This document shows, piece after piece, positions 8,505 through 17,956 of a stretch of DNA of 62,000 nucleotides. This DNA comes from Hyalangium minutum (GTDB lineage Bacteria; Myxococcota; Myxococcia; Myxococcales; Myxococcaceae). The position numbers were made by a program, and so were the translations under genes. Within the stretch, counting starts at the first letter, position 1; every line of letters begins with the position of its first letter. The notes beneath the pieces were generated by a model. That model saw only the letters and a program-made list of their open reading frames with translations, was not told where the DNA came from and searched no databases. The stretch spans positions 144,001 to 206,000 of the forward strand of contig NZ_JMCB01000002.1 of assembly GCF_000737315.1 (NCBI RefSeq), read 5' to 3'.

Positions 8505-9218
8505 ATGAGCGGTGATTTGGCCAAGAGAAAGTGGCTTCTGGCGGCAGTGGCGCTGGCGGCGTGTGCAACGGCACCGCTGGCAAGTGAGGAGCCGGGCTGC
8601 GAGACGGCTGCGGAAGCTGTGCTCGCCGAGGAGGCCTGTGCGAACCCCAGTCGCCTGATAGCGCTGTGCGCTGGCGAGCAGTGCGGGCTGTACCGGTGCG
8701 AGGAGGTGAAGGAGCACCTGGCTCTGGGGCGCGTGGTGCTGGCGCGCGGGGCGGCTGCGGTGTTGCCTAACCCCGCAGCAGGAGCCCAGCGCAATTGGGG
8801 AAGCGCACAGGAATTGCCGCAGGACACGCGGCCTGTGTTCATCATCCCGTGGAGGCACCGGCCGCCGCTGCTGCCCAGTCAGCAGCAGATGCTGGACGAG
8901 GCGGCGAAGGAGCGGAGAAAGCCCCACGGGCAGCACCACATCTTCCCCAGGATGTTCAAGGGATGGTTCACTGAAAAAGGCATCAACATTGACGAGTACG
9001 TCATCCTCCTGGGGGTGGAGAAACACCGGAGCATCCACCGGGGAGCTAAAGGGGGCCCGTGGAATGACGCATGGGATAGGTTCATCCAAGCGAGGAGGGC
9101 AACGGCGACGAGAGAGGAGATCCACAAATACGCGGGCCAGCTCATTTACGAGTTCGAGCTGTTCGGCCCGGTCATGCGGTTTAAGAGCCCGCCACCTCCA
9201 CTGCCTCCAGGGTATTGA
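8505..9218 (+). CDS. sitA6: SitA6-family polymorphic toxin lipoprotein, copy 2
   Basis: Same lipobox and HHIFP motif as 2523..3239, with a diverged C-terminal toxin region. Confidence 0.8.
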   Translation: MSGDLAKRKWLLAAVALAACATAPLASEEPGCETAAEAVLAEEACANPSRLIALCAGEQCGLYRCEEVKEHLALGRVVLARGAAAVLPNPAAGAQRNWGSAQELPQDTRPVFIIPWRHRPPLLPSQQQMLDEAAKERRKPHGQHHIFPRMFKGWFTEKGINIDEYVILLGVEKHRSIHRGAKGGPWNDAWDRFIQARRATATREEIHKYAGQLIYEFELFGPVMRFKSPPPPLPPGY

Positions 9219-9224
9219 GCAAAC

Positions 9225-9944
9225 ATGAGGTTCTACCTGCTGGATGGTGTCCCGGACCCAAAGTACTCGGGCGGGTACGACTACGGGCACCAATGGGGAC
9301 TGCCCGGGGTGCAATGCTCGGTCTGCAAGGCCACGTGGTCCTCCACGGGAGGTGCCTACCCCTCGGTGGATCTGTCTTATCTTCCGCCCGAGGAGCAAAA
9401 GAAGTACTTGCCGCGAGTCGAGGAGAACTACGAGGAGTTTAAGCGGCTGAAGGAGCAGGTGCGCCCGCTGGTACCTGCCGGTGTACCCCTTTGGCCAGGG
9501 ACCAAGTTTGGTCCCATGAATGGCCGGGCCTGGGGGGAGTTTGGCCCGCTGGTCTTGGCTCACGCGTGGGAGCTGTTGGTGCGGCGCGAGCCTCTGGAGC
9601 GGCTGCAGGCGGAGGGTTTGAGGGGCTTGAAGGGCTGCCGAACGGCGCTGCGCTTTCGCAAGAAGAACCCACCAGAACTGCTGGAGATGGAGCTGCTGCC
9701 CCGGGGCGCGCTTCACCCAGACTGTTTGCCGGAACGCCCCCCGCCTTGTCCCCAATGCGAGCGGGATGGCTTCGATTGGCCGGAGAAACCCCTGCTGAAC
9801 GCGGCCACACTGCCAGAGGACCTGGATGTGTTCCGGTTGGCCAACTTCATGACGATGATCATCGGTACCGAGCGCTTCGTGGAGGCGGTGCGGCGCTTGG
9901 GCTACGAGCAGGACATCGCCTTCAGGGAACTGCCAGCCCGCTGA
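9225..9944 (+). CDS. sitI6: SitI6-family double-CXXCG immunity protein, copy 2
   Basis: WGLPGVQCSVC and PCPQC motifs. Paralogue of 3246..3968. Confidence 0.8.
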   Translation: MRFYLLDGVPDPKYSGGYDYGHQWGLPGVQCSVCKATWSSTGGAYPSVDLSYLPPEEQKKYLPRVEENYEEFKRLKEQVRPLVPAGVPLWPGTKFGPMNGRAWGEFGPLVLAHAWELLVRREPLERLQAEGLRGLKGCRTALRFRKKNPPELLEMELLPRGALHPDCLPERPPPCPQCERDGFDWPEKPLLNAATLPEDLDVFRLANFMTMIIGTERFVEAVRRLGYEQDIAFRELPAR

Positions 9945-10002
9945 GCCGCTCGCGCTCCAAACGCTTCTGCGCCTCGCCCAGTCTCGTGCTACCCCTCACC
10001 CC

Positions 10003-10806
10003 ATGATCGCTCCGTTCCTCGCTGCCACCCATGTCACGCCCTTGGGAGAGGGGCGCTACCGCAGCCGCTTCGAGGCCCCCTGGTACCAGGGTCGTGGCGC
10101 CTACGGCGGCGTGGTGGCCGGGCAGATCCTGCGCGCCATGGAGCACGTGGTGGCGGATCCCGACCGTCCGCTGCGCTCGTTCACCGTGCACTTCTGCGCC
10201 CCCGCCACCGAGGGCGAGGCGGAGGTCCGCGTGCGCATCGAGCGCTCCGGCAAGCTCGTCACCCATGCTACCGCCCGCACCGAGAACGCCGCCGGCGTGG
10301 TGTCCTTCGCCACCGCCACCTTCGGCACTCCTCGCCCTACCACCCCTCGCTATCTCGACGCGAAGCGGCCCGTGGCGCCTGCCCCCAGCGAGGTCAGCGT
10401 GGTGCCCGAGGAGGTGCCGATGCCCACCTTCTGCCAGTTCTTCGAGTACCGCTTCTGCGTGGGCTCGGCGCCGTACTCGGCCTCCGAGCCCCGGCTGGGT
10501 GGGTGGATCCGCCCGAAGGGAGAGCCCCTGGCTCTGGACGCCGCGCTCTGTGTGGGGCTGCTGGACGCGTACCCTCCCTCGGTCCTGTGCTCGCTCTCGG
10601 AGCTGCGGCCCGTGGCCAGCGTGGACTTCACCGTCCACTTCTTCCACGCGCTGCCTCGCCCAGGGGACCGGCCAGGCGAGCACTACCTCCGCACGGGCGT
10701 CTCCCGCTGGGCCGGTGAGGGCTTCGCGGAGGACCTCCAGGAGCTGTGGTCCGAAGAGGGAGAGCTGATCGCCCAGTGCCGCCAGTGCATCGCCGTGCTT
10801 GGCTGA
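10003..10806 (+). CDS. Acyl-CoA thioesterase, TesB-like double hotdog fold
   Basis: W.QGRGAYGGVVAG, LRSFTVHF and ASVDFTVHF motifs. Confidence 0.85.
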   Translation: MIAPFLAATHVTPLGEGRYRSRFEAPWYQGRGAYGGVVAGQILRAMEHVVADPDRPLRSFTVHFCAPATEGEAEVRVRIERSGKLVTHATARTENAAGVVSFATATFGTPRPTTPRYLDAKRPVAPAPSEVSVVPEEVPMPTFCQFFEYRFCVGSAPYSASEPRLGGWIRPKGEPLALDAALCVGLLDAYPPSVLCSLSELRPVASVDFTVHFFHALPRPGDRPGEHYLRTGVSRWAGEGFAEDLQELWSEEGELIAQCRQCIAVLG

Positions 10807-10884
10807 ATCCCCTCGGAGCTTCCTGGCGACTTTTGTACACCGGGGGTGAGTTCGTATGCTCACGGCGTGAGTCCGACGAGTTCC

Positions 10885-13800
10885 ATGCATCCGGAGTACG
10901 AGGACGAGCTGCACCTCGCCCTGGTGGAGGGAGTGCTGTCCCGGGATCAGGTCGAGCCCCTGCGCGCGGAGGTGGTTCGCCTGGGCCGGAGCCCTCTGGA
11001 CCTGTTGATGGAGCGCGGCCAGCTCTCCCCCGAGACGCTCTCCTCCCTGCGAGGCGAGCTCCACCGCCAGGCCCCACCCGCCGTTGCGGGCCAGCCGCAG
11101 GAGCCCGCCACCCAGAAGCCCGGAGCTGCTTCCCAGGCGGACTCCTCCTCCGAGCCCGTCTTCCCCCTGCGGAACTGGGACCGCTACCAGCCCGTGCGCT
11201 TCCTGGGGCAGGGCGGCATGGGCCAGGTGTTCCTCGCGTACGACCCGCGCCTGCGCCGCAACGTGGCCATCAAGTTCGTGCGCGAGGGCAGCCCCGAGCT
11301 CGCCCAGCGCTTCCTCTCCGAGGCCCGCGCCCAGGCCCGCGTCCAGCACCAGCGCGTCTGTGAGATGTACGAGGTCGGCGAGGCTCAGAGCCGCGCGTAC
11401 ATCGCCATGCAGTACGTGGAGGGGCGCTCGCTCGGCCAGCTCGCGCCCGAGCTCACGCTGGAGCAGAAGATCCTCGTGATGCGCGATGTCTGCGAGGGTG
11501 TGCACGCCGCTCACCGTGCGGGGCTGATTCACCGCGACCTGAAGCCCTCCAACGTCCTGGTAGAGCGCACCGAGGACGGAGGCCTCAAGCCCTACGTCAT
11601 GGACTTCGGCCTCGCGCGGGACTGGCAGGGCGAGAACACCGCCACGGGCTCGGTGCTGGGCACTCCCCACTACATGGCGCCCGAGCAGGCCCGGGGCGAG
11701 GTGTCCCAGCTGGACCGGCGCGTGGACGTCTACAGCCTGGGCGCCACACTCTACCAAGTGCTCACGGGCCAGCCTCCCTTCGCTGGCCTCAACGCCCTGG
11801 AGATCGTGAGCCGGATCCAGACCGAGGAGCCGCCGTCTCCGCGCACGCTCGTGCCGGATCTGCCGGTCGACCTGGAGGCCATCGTCCTCAAGTGCCTCGA
11901 GAAGGACCGCGCGGCGCGGTACGACTCGGCGCGCGCCCTGGCCGAGGACTTGGAGCGGTTCCTCTCAGGCGAGCCCGTCCTGGCGAGTTCCGCGGGGCCG
12001 CTGTACCGGCTGCGCAAGAAGGTCCGCAAGCACCGCGTCCTGGTGGCTGTCGGCACCGCGGCCACGCTGGTGCTGGGCGTCGCCGTGGGACAGGCCGCCC
12101 TGGCCCGCCGCGAGGTGGTGGAGCGTGAGCGCCTCTCCCGCAGCTTCACCGAGAGGGTGGAGCGCATCGAGGCCATGTCCCGCTACTCCTCCATGGCGCC
12201 GCTGCACGACACCACCGCCGACCGTCAGGCCATCCGCCAGCAGATGGAGGAACTGGAGGCCGAGGTCCACGCGGGCGGCGCTCAGGCCGAGGGGCCCGGC
12301 GACTACGCCGTGGGCCGTGCACTCTTCGCGCTCGGGGATGCCGAGGGGGCGCGCACCCAGCTCGAGGCCGCATGGCAGAGTGGCTTCCGCGAGGCGCGCG
12401 TGGCCTATGCCCTGGCGCTGGCGCTTGGGCAGCTCTACCAGGAGCAGCTCCTGGAGGTGGAGCGCCTGCGCAGTGCCCCGCAGCGCGAGGCCCGCCGCCG
12501 CGAGCTCGAGCAGCGCTACCGCGATCCCGCCCTCGGCTACTTGAAGCAGAGCGTGCAGAGCGGTGGCGCGGAGGTTCCCTCCACCGAGTACGTCACGGCG
12601 CTCATGGCCTTCTACGAGGGCCGCTACGAGGACGCCCTGACGCACCTGGAGAAGATGGGCACCCTCAACCCCTGGTTCTACGAAGCGCCCCTGCTCCGTG
12701 GGGACATCCTCCAGGCCCGTGCCAGCCGCAGGTTGTACCAGGGTGACCGCGCCGGAGCGCTGTCTGATCTGGAGACGGCCGGGCAGGCCCAGGCCCTTGC
12801 CGCCGACATCGGCGAGAGCGAGTTCGCCGTCTACCACGCCATGGCGCGGCTGCAGCTCACCGCGCTGACCCTGGAGCTCTACGGCCAGGGCGAGGTGCGG
12901 CCTCATTATGAGAAGGGCCTGGAAGCGCTCTCCCGCGCGCTCACCGTCATACCGGATCACTTCAAAGCCCGGCTGCTGGAGTCCCGCCTCCACCGCCGGA
13001 TGGTGGATCAGCTGACGCAGCAAGGCGCCGAGGTGTTGCCGCTGCTGGAGAAGGCCCTCGCCGCCTCACGCACCGCCGCGGCGCTCGCGCCCAGCCAACC
13101 GCAGGTCCACACCGAGCTGGCTTTCGTCTTCCGCCGCTGGGCGCTCTACCGCCAGAGCCGGGGCGAGGATCCGTCCGAGCAGCTGCGCGAGGCCGCCGCA
13201 GCCCTCGAGCGCATCCGCCCGGAAGAGCGGAACTCCTCGTTCCACAGCGAGATGGGGAACATCTTCAAGGTGTGGGCCGACGCCGAGGAGCAATCCGGCA
13301 AGGACTCCCTCGAGCACCGCGGACAGGCCATCGACGCATACCGTGCGGCCCTCCAGCTGGATGCGAGCCAGGCAGAGACCTGGAGCAGCCTGGGTACCGC
13401 CTACTTCAAGCGGGGCACGAGCCCGCACCCCCGTGATGCCGATGGCGACCTGGAGCAGGCCTGGACCGCGCTCGAGCGTGCGCAGAGCATCGACCCGGGC
13501 AACTACGTCCACTACTTCTATGGAGGGCAGGTGCAGGAGTGGCGGGCCCGCCGGAAGTACAACCGTGGCCGCGGAGTGGAGCCGGAGCTGGAGCAGGCCC
13601 TGGCGCAGTACCGCAAGGGGCTGGCCATCAACAGCAAGCTGCCTCAGTTCCACAACCTCCTGGGCGGAGCGCTGCTGTGGAGGGCGGAGCTGACGTGGGA
13701 AGAGGGCGGTGACGCCTCCCTGTGGCTCGATCAGGCCCAGCCCGCCTTCGAGCAAGCCCGCACCGTGGCCCCTCAGCAGGCCTTCGCGTACAACGGATTG

Positions 13801-14514
13801 GGCGAGGTGCATGCGTGGCGGGCGTTGTTCCAGCTCCGCGCGAAGCAGGATCCCCTCCCCAGTGGCCGCGCGGCCCTCGAGGCCTACCAACAGGCCCTCG
13901 ACCGGGCTCCTCGCAACGCGCAGTCCTGGACCAACATGGCCAAGGTCCGTGTCTCCCTGGCCCTCTGGGCGCTGGAGCAAGGCAGAGACCCTGGGCCCGA
14001 GCTCGATCGGGCCACGGAGGCGCTGCGCCAGGCGCTCAGCATCAACCCGCGCATGGCGAACGCCCTGCGCTACCAGGGCGAGACACTCGGAATCCGTGCG
14101 CGCTGGCTGGCGCGCCAGGGCCAAGGGCGCCAGGGGGACTTCGAAGCCGCCGCCACCGCCCTCCAGCAGGCCATTGGCGCGGATCCCGAATGGCAGGAGT
14201 ACCGCCTCTCCGCGGCCATGCTCCACCGCGAGTGGGGGAAATGGCTGGCGGCCACGGGGAGCGATCCCACCCCGGTGCTGAGGCAGGGGCTGGCCTGGAT
14301 CGACGAGTCGCTGGCTTCCCGTCCCAAGTGGGCCCACGCCCGAGCTGTCCGGGCCCGCCTGCTTCTGGCGCTGGCGGAGACCTCGGTGGAGCCTCCGCAG
14401 CAGCAGGCCTGGAAGAGCGAGGCCCGGAAGGAGCTGGAACAGGCGCTCGCCAGCAATCCCCACCTCGTGAGCGAGTGGGGCCAGAGCCTCGTCTCACGAG
14501 GTCTCACGCCCTAG
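10885..14514 (+). CDS. Large Ser/Thr protein kinase with TM segment and long TPR region
   Basis: GQGGMGQV, VAIK, HRDLKPSN, DFG and GTPHYMAPE motifs, followed by TPR-like repeats. Likely start MHPEY at 10885 (listed ORF starts at 10846). Confidence 0.9.
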   Translation: MHPEYEDELHLALVEGVLSRDQVEPLRAEVVRLGRSPLDLLMERGQLSPETLSSLRGELHRQAPPAVAGQPQEPATQKPGAASQADSSSEPVFPLRNWDRYQPVRFLGQGGMGQVFLAYDPRLRRNVAIKFVREGSPELAQRFLSEARAQARVQHQRVCEMYEVGEAQSRAYIAMQYVEGRSLGQLAPELTLEQKILVMRDVCEGVHAAHRAGLIHRDLKPSNVLVERTEDGGLKPYVMDFGLARDWQGENTATGSVLGTPHYMAPEQARGEVSQLDRRVDVYSLGATLYQVLTGQPPFAGLNALEIVSRIQTEEPPSPRTLVPDLPVDLEAIVLKCLEKDRAARYDSARALAEDLERFLSGEPVLASSAGPLYRLRKKVRKHRVLVAVGTAATLVLGVAVGQAALARREVVERERLSRSFTERVERIEAMSRYSSMAPLHDTTADRQAIRQQMEELEAEVHAGGAQAEGPGDYAVGRALFALGDAEGARTQLEAAWQSGFREARVAYALALALGQLYQEQLLEVERLRSAPQREARRRELEQRYRDPALGYLKQSVQSGGAEVPSTEYVTALMAFYEGRYEDALTHLEKMGTLNPWFYEAPLLRGDILQARASRRLYQGDRAGALSDLETAGQAQALAADIGESEFAVYHAMARLQLTALTLELYGQGEVRPHYEKGLEALSRALTVIPDHFKARLLESRLHRRMVDQLTQQGAEVLPLLEKALAASRTAAALAPSQPQVHTELAFVFRRWALYRQSRGEDPSEQLREAAAALERIRPEERNSSFHSEMGNIFKVWADAEEQSGKDSLEHRGQAIDAYRAALQLDASQAETWSSLGTAYFKRGTSPHPRDADGDLEQAWTALERAQSIDPGNYVHYFYGGQVQEWRARRKYNRGRGVEPELEQALAQYRKGLAINSKLPQFHNLLGGALLWRAELTWEEGGDASLWLDQAQPAFEQARTVAPQQAFAYNGLGEVHAWRALFQLRAKQDPLPSGRAALEAYQQALDRAPRNAQSWTNMAKVRVSLALWALEQGRDPGPELDRATEALRQALSINPRMANALRYQGETLGIRARWLARQGQGRQGDFEAAATALQQAIGADPEWQEYRLSAAMLHREWGKWLAATGSDPTPVLRQGLAWIDESLASRPKWAHARAVRARLLLALAETSVEPPQQQAWKSEARKELEQALASNPHLVSEWGQSLVSRGLTP

Positions 14515-14527
14515 CCGCCGGGACGGC

Positions 14528-14872
14528 TTACTTCCCCTTGGGCTTGGGCGGGTCTCGCGTCACCTCCAGGTCCCCGGCCGTCGCGGTGGGGGGCTCGGGA
14601 TTCGTGCTCACCAGCTCTGTGACGTCGAAGGGATAATGCCCGTCGGCCCACTCGGCGACGTAGTAGGTCTTCGAAGACTTGTCCGGGTCGGAGCCGTCCA
14701 AGACGAACAAACTGGTCTGGCCGACGAAGGGAGAGTTCGAGTCGAAGTCCACGTTGACCTTATCCGTCCGGCCATCCATCTCGAAGGTGACCTCGTACCC
14801 CGGCTTCACGACGGGAGGATCAGGGACATAGCCAATGCCGCTGGATTTGATCTTGACGTGTTGGGTGGTCAT
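14528..14872 (-). CDS. Small acidic beta-rich hypothetical protein (114 aa)
   Basis: MTTQHVKIK... with a GAGG RBS. It lies downstream of a sigma-54-type promoter. Confidence 0.75.
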   Translation of the reverse strand: MTTQHVKIKSSGIGYVPDPPVVKPGYEVTFEMDGRTDKVNVDFDSNSPFVGQTSLFVLDGSDPDKSSKTYYVAEWADGHYPFDVTELVSTNPEPPTATAGDLEVTRDPPKPKGK

Positions 14873-14940
14873 ACAAGGACCTCTGCTCGTTCCGAGCTGA
14901 TGGGGTGCAAGTCTCATTCGCGAGACGCAGGTAGTATCGT

Positions 14941-14956
14941 TGCACTGCCTGTGCCA
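14941..14956 (-). promoter_or_regulatory. Sigma-54 -24/-12 promoter for the 14528..14872 gene
   Basis: Minus strand reads TGGCACAGGCAGTGCA, giving GG-N10-GC with a TGGCAC -24 box. It is adjacent to a sigma-54 activator gene. Confidence 0.75.
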
Positions 14957-15002
14957 GAGAAGGATGTCGCACGCGCGAAACATCGAAGGCGCGCAGGTGG
15001 CG

Positions 15003-15049
15003 TGTCAAGCCGCAGCGCCGACGTGTCAGTGGGCCGCGCTGATCTGTCA
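15003..15049. promoter_or_regulatory. Three TGTCA motifs at exact 21-bp spacing, a candidate enhancer (UAS)
   Basis: TGTCA at 15003, 15024 and 15045, about 50-95 bp upstream of the sigma-54 promoter. Confidence 0.55.
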
Positions 15050-15054
15050 CCCGC

Positions 15055-16692
15055 TCAGGACTCGGTGAGCCCCAGCTCCCGGATGCGGCGCTGGAGACCG
15101 CGCTTGGAGACCTCGAGCCGCTGCACCATGGCGTCCAGGTCTCCTTTGCACTCGCGGAAGCAGCGGGTGATCTCCTCGGTGCTCAGGTCTCCCACAGTCC
15201 GCAGGCTGGGGCTCCGGTCGATCAGCATGTAGAGCGAGGGGCGGGTGATGCCCAGCCGCTCGGCGGCGGCCTTGATGTCCCACGCGGTACCTCGCAGGGC
15301 CTCCAGCAGCTCCGTGTCCGTCACATCGGACGGCTTGCGCCGGGAGGGAGCGGGCTCCTGCGCAGCGGCCGGCCTCTGCGGTGCCGGGGAGGCCAAGGGA
15401 ATGGAGCGCTTCGGGATGGGCGAGGCAGCGGCATCCAGCTCCTGCTCGATGCGCGGGGTGGCCTGCAGCCCCGGGAGCCCCCGGCTTCCGATGACGATCT
15501 GCCGCGTGAGGTTGCGCAGCTGGCGGACGTTGCCGGGCCAGGAGAAGCGCACCATTCGCACCGCCAGCGCGGGAGGCAGCCACGGCTCGCTCTGCGAGGC
15601 GGAGTCCAAGCGGTGGGCCTCGCCCAGTGCCGCCAGTTCCTCTCGCGCGAAGTGGTGGAAGAGCACGCCGATGTCGTCCCGGCGGTCCCTCAGCGGAGGC
15701 ACTTGGATTTCGTAGCCGGCCAGCCGGTGCAGCAGCGGGGCCTTGAAGAGATCCTGCCGGATGCGGTCCTCCAGGTCGGCATCCGTGGCGGTGATCAGCC
15801 GCACGTCCACGGACACGGGCGCGTGGCCGCCCACCGGGTAGACCTCGCCCGTCTCCAGCACGCGCAGCAGCAGCACCTGGACCTCGGGCGGGGCCTCGCC
15901 CACCTCATCCAGGAAGAGGGTGCCTCCGTGGGCTGCGCGGAAGAAGCCCTCGCGATCCTGGGTGGAGCCGGTATAGGCGCCCTTTCGTGCGCCGAAGAGC
16001 TCGGCTGCGGCCAGCTCCTTGGGCAGCGCGCCCAGGTTGACGCTGATGAAGGGCCCCGCGCGCCGGGGGCTGCGCATGTGGATGGCGCGCGCCACCAGCT
16101 CCTTGCCCGAGCCAGTCTCTCCTCGGATGAGGACGGGCACCTTGAGATCCGCCACGCGGGTGCTGTCCTCGCGCACCCGGCGGGTGCTGGCGCTGTTGCC
16201 CACCATGCCCAGATCGTCCGGAATGTCTGGCTCGATGGAGGGCGCCAGGTGGAGCAGCAGCACGATGCGCTCGGCCAGCACGAGCGGAATGCCGGCGGCC
16301 AGCTCCTCGGCACTGAACTCCCGGGCGCCGACGAGCGGCTCATGCACCACGCGCACCTGCGTGCCGCCCTCCTCCACGCGCAGCCGAATCCCTCCGGTCT
16401 CCGTGCGCTCGAACACGAGGGGCTTGCGGCTGAGGAAGGTGTCCGCCAGGGGCATGCCCAGGGGCCCACCCGGGCGGACGAAGTCCGGCCCCACGCGCGA
16501 TACGGACACGCTGCCCCCCGAACTCAGGGAGCCCAGGAGCAGCCGCTCTCCCGCGCGGTGGGGCGTCGGGTGGGAGACGATGGTCAGAGCTGGCACGGGA
16601 CGCGACACCTGCTCCGAAGAGCGGGTGGGCGTGGCGGCCGTCGAGATGTCTGCAAACTTCTTTTCCTGCATGAGCGCCTGCTTCGGGGGCAT
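15055..16692 (-). CDS. Sigma-54-dependent enhancer-binding protein without a receiver domain
   Basis: GETGSGKE, GAYTG, LFLDEVG and WPGNVRQL motifs, and two C-terminal HTH-like segments. Confidence 0.92.
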   Translation of the reverse strand: MPPKQALMQEKKFADISTAATPTRSSEQVSRPVPALTIVSHPTPHRAGERLLLGSLSSGGSVSVSRVGPDFVRPGGPLGMPLADTFLSRKPLVFERTETGGIRLRVEEGGTQVRVVHEPLVGAREFSAEELAAGIPLVLAERIVLLLHLAPSIEPDIPDDLGMVGNSASTRRVREDSTRVADLKVPVLIRGETGSGKELVARAIHMRSPRRAGPFISVNLGALPKELAAAELFGARKGAYTGSTQDREGFFRAAHGGTLFLDEVGEAPPEVQVLLLRVLETGEVYPVGGHAPVSVDVRLITATDADLEDRIRQDLFKAPLLHRLAGYEIQVPPLRDRRDDIGVLFHHFAREELAALGEAHRLDSASQSEPWLPPALAVRMVRFSWPGNVRQLRNLTRQIVIGSRGLPGLQATPRIEQELDAAASPIPKRSIPLASPAPQRPAAAQEPAPSRRKPSDVTDTELLEALRGTAWDIKAAAERLGITRPSLYMLIDRSPSLRTVGDLSTEEITRCFRECKGDLDAMVQRLEVSKRGLQRRIRELGLTES

Positions 16693-16774
16693 GACTGCGA
16701 GGACACAGCGAGTGTAGCGCCTCTTGGTGCTACATAGAGCGTGATAGCCCCGGGCGCGATAGGCTGCATGCAGG

Positions 16775-17758
16775 ATGAGTGAGACCCGCGAGTTGCGAGC
16801 CAGGCTCGAGGAGACTCAGGCAGAGCTTCGCCGCACGAGGGATCACCTGGAGAAGCTGCGGGCGCACCAAGCTCGGGAGCGGCAGTTTCTGCAGCAAGAG
16901 CTGGAGCAGGCGCGGCACGAGGTAAGCGGGCTGAGAGGACGCCTCGAGGCCTTGGAGCGCTTCGAGAACGAGCCCTCGCCGTCCTCGGACGAGAATCAGC
17001 CCGAGCCCGTAGCGGTGGAGCGCTCGGCCACCGCGCTCGTGGCGCTCGCCCGGAGCCCCGAGACAGGCCTCACGCCTCTCGCCATCTCCACGCTCGCCCG
17101 GCTCTTGAACGTGGCACCCGTCGACGTGCGGCTGCGCCTGGCATCGCCGCTCCCGGCGGCGCTGGCCCGGTTGCCGCTCGCTCAGGCCGAGGAACTCCGT
17201 GTCTCGCTCCGGGAGGAAGGCTTCCTCGCGGTCATCCATGAGGTGTCACCCGCCCTTCCGAGGAAGTGGGTGCGTGTGAAGCGGTTCGCGCTCGAAGAGG
17301 AGGGCCTGCGGGTGGAGAACCCGAACCGCGAGAGCTTCCCGGTGCGCTACGCGGAGCTGCGCCTGTTGATGCGGGGGCGCAGGACCACCACCCACGTCGA
17401 GACGAAGCAGGAGGTGGACTACGAAGTCCACCAGCAGCGCTACCGCCGGACGCCGAAAGAGGTGGAGGAGAAGCGCCAGACGGTGGAGAACTTCCTCTGG
17501 GTGATGGGCAAGGGCTTCCGGGCCATCTTCAACGAATCCACCCAGTTCACGGGCCTGGGCGCGCTGCGCACCTTCACCGTGCACGAGAACCTCCAGCGCC
17601 TGATGGCCGAGCTCCACCAGCGCGCGCCTCACGTGGCGCGGGACGAGCGCTTCGTGCAGCAGTCCCGCTTCGTCATGCCGCTCGTGGATCCGGGCCGTGG
17701 CCAGGAGCTGTTGGCCGAGGTGCTGCTCCAGGCGGTGGAGGAGGGGCTCTGGTCATGA
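16775..17758 (+). CDS. Hypothetical protein with N-terminal coiled coil
   Basis: 327-aa ORF with typical codon bias. Its stop overlaps the next start (ATGA). Confidence 0.7.
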   Translation: MSETRELRARLEETQAELRRTRDHLEKLRAHQARERQFLQQELEQARHEVSGLRGRLEALERFENEPSPSSDENQPEPVAVERSATALVALARSPETGLTPLAISTLARLLNVAPVDVRLRLASPLPAALARLPLAQAEELRVSLREEGFLAVIHEVSPALPRKWVRVKRFALEEEGLRVENPNRESFPVRYAELRLLMRGRRTTTHVETKQEVDYEVHQQRYRRTPKEVEEKRQTVENFLWVMGKGFRAIFNESTQFTGLGALRTFTVHENLQRLMAELHQRAPHVARDERFVQQSRFVMPLVDPGRGQELLAEVLLQAVEEGLWS

Positions 17759-17952
17759 GCGAGGCGCGCGAGCTGAGCGACAAGCTCAACCAGGTGCGGG
17801 AGGAACTGCGCCAGACGCGGGAGCAACTGGACAAGCTCCGGACGCAGCACGCGCGCGAGCAGCAGGCCCTGCAGCAGTCGCTGGAGGAGGCGCGGCGGGA
17901 GGCGGAGCGGCTGCGTGCGCGTGTCAAGAAGGCCGAGGAGCGCGTAAAGTAG
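17755..17952 (+). CDS. 65-aa coiled-coil protein paralogous to the N-terminus of the upstream gene
   Basis: MSEARELSDKLNQVREELRQTREQLDKLR versus MSETRELRARLEETQAELRRTRDHLEKLR. GGAGG RBS upstream. Confidence 0.7.
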   Translation: MSEARELSDKLNQVREELRQTREQLDKLRTQHAREQQALQQSLEEARREAERLRARVKKAEERVK

Positions 17953-17956
17953 GGCC

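Noticed and set aside
16713-16734. TGTAGC-N10-GCTACA inverted repeat in the divergent promoter region
   Set aside because: A single 6-bp dyad with no second instance or matching regulator; too weak to call.
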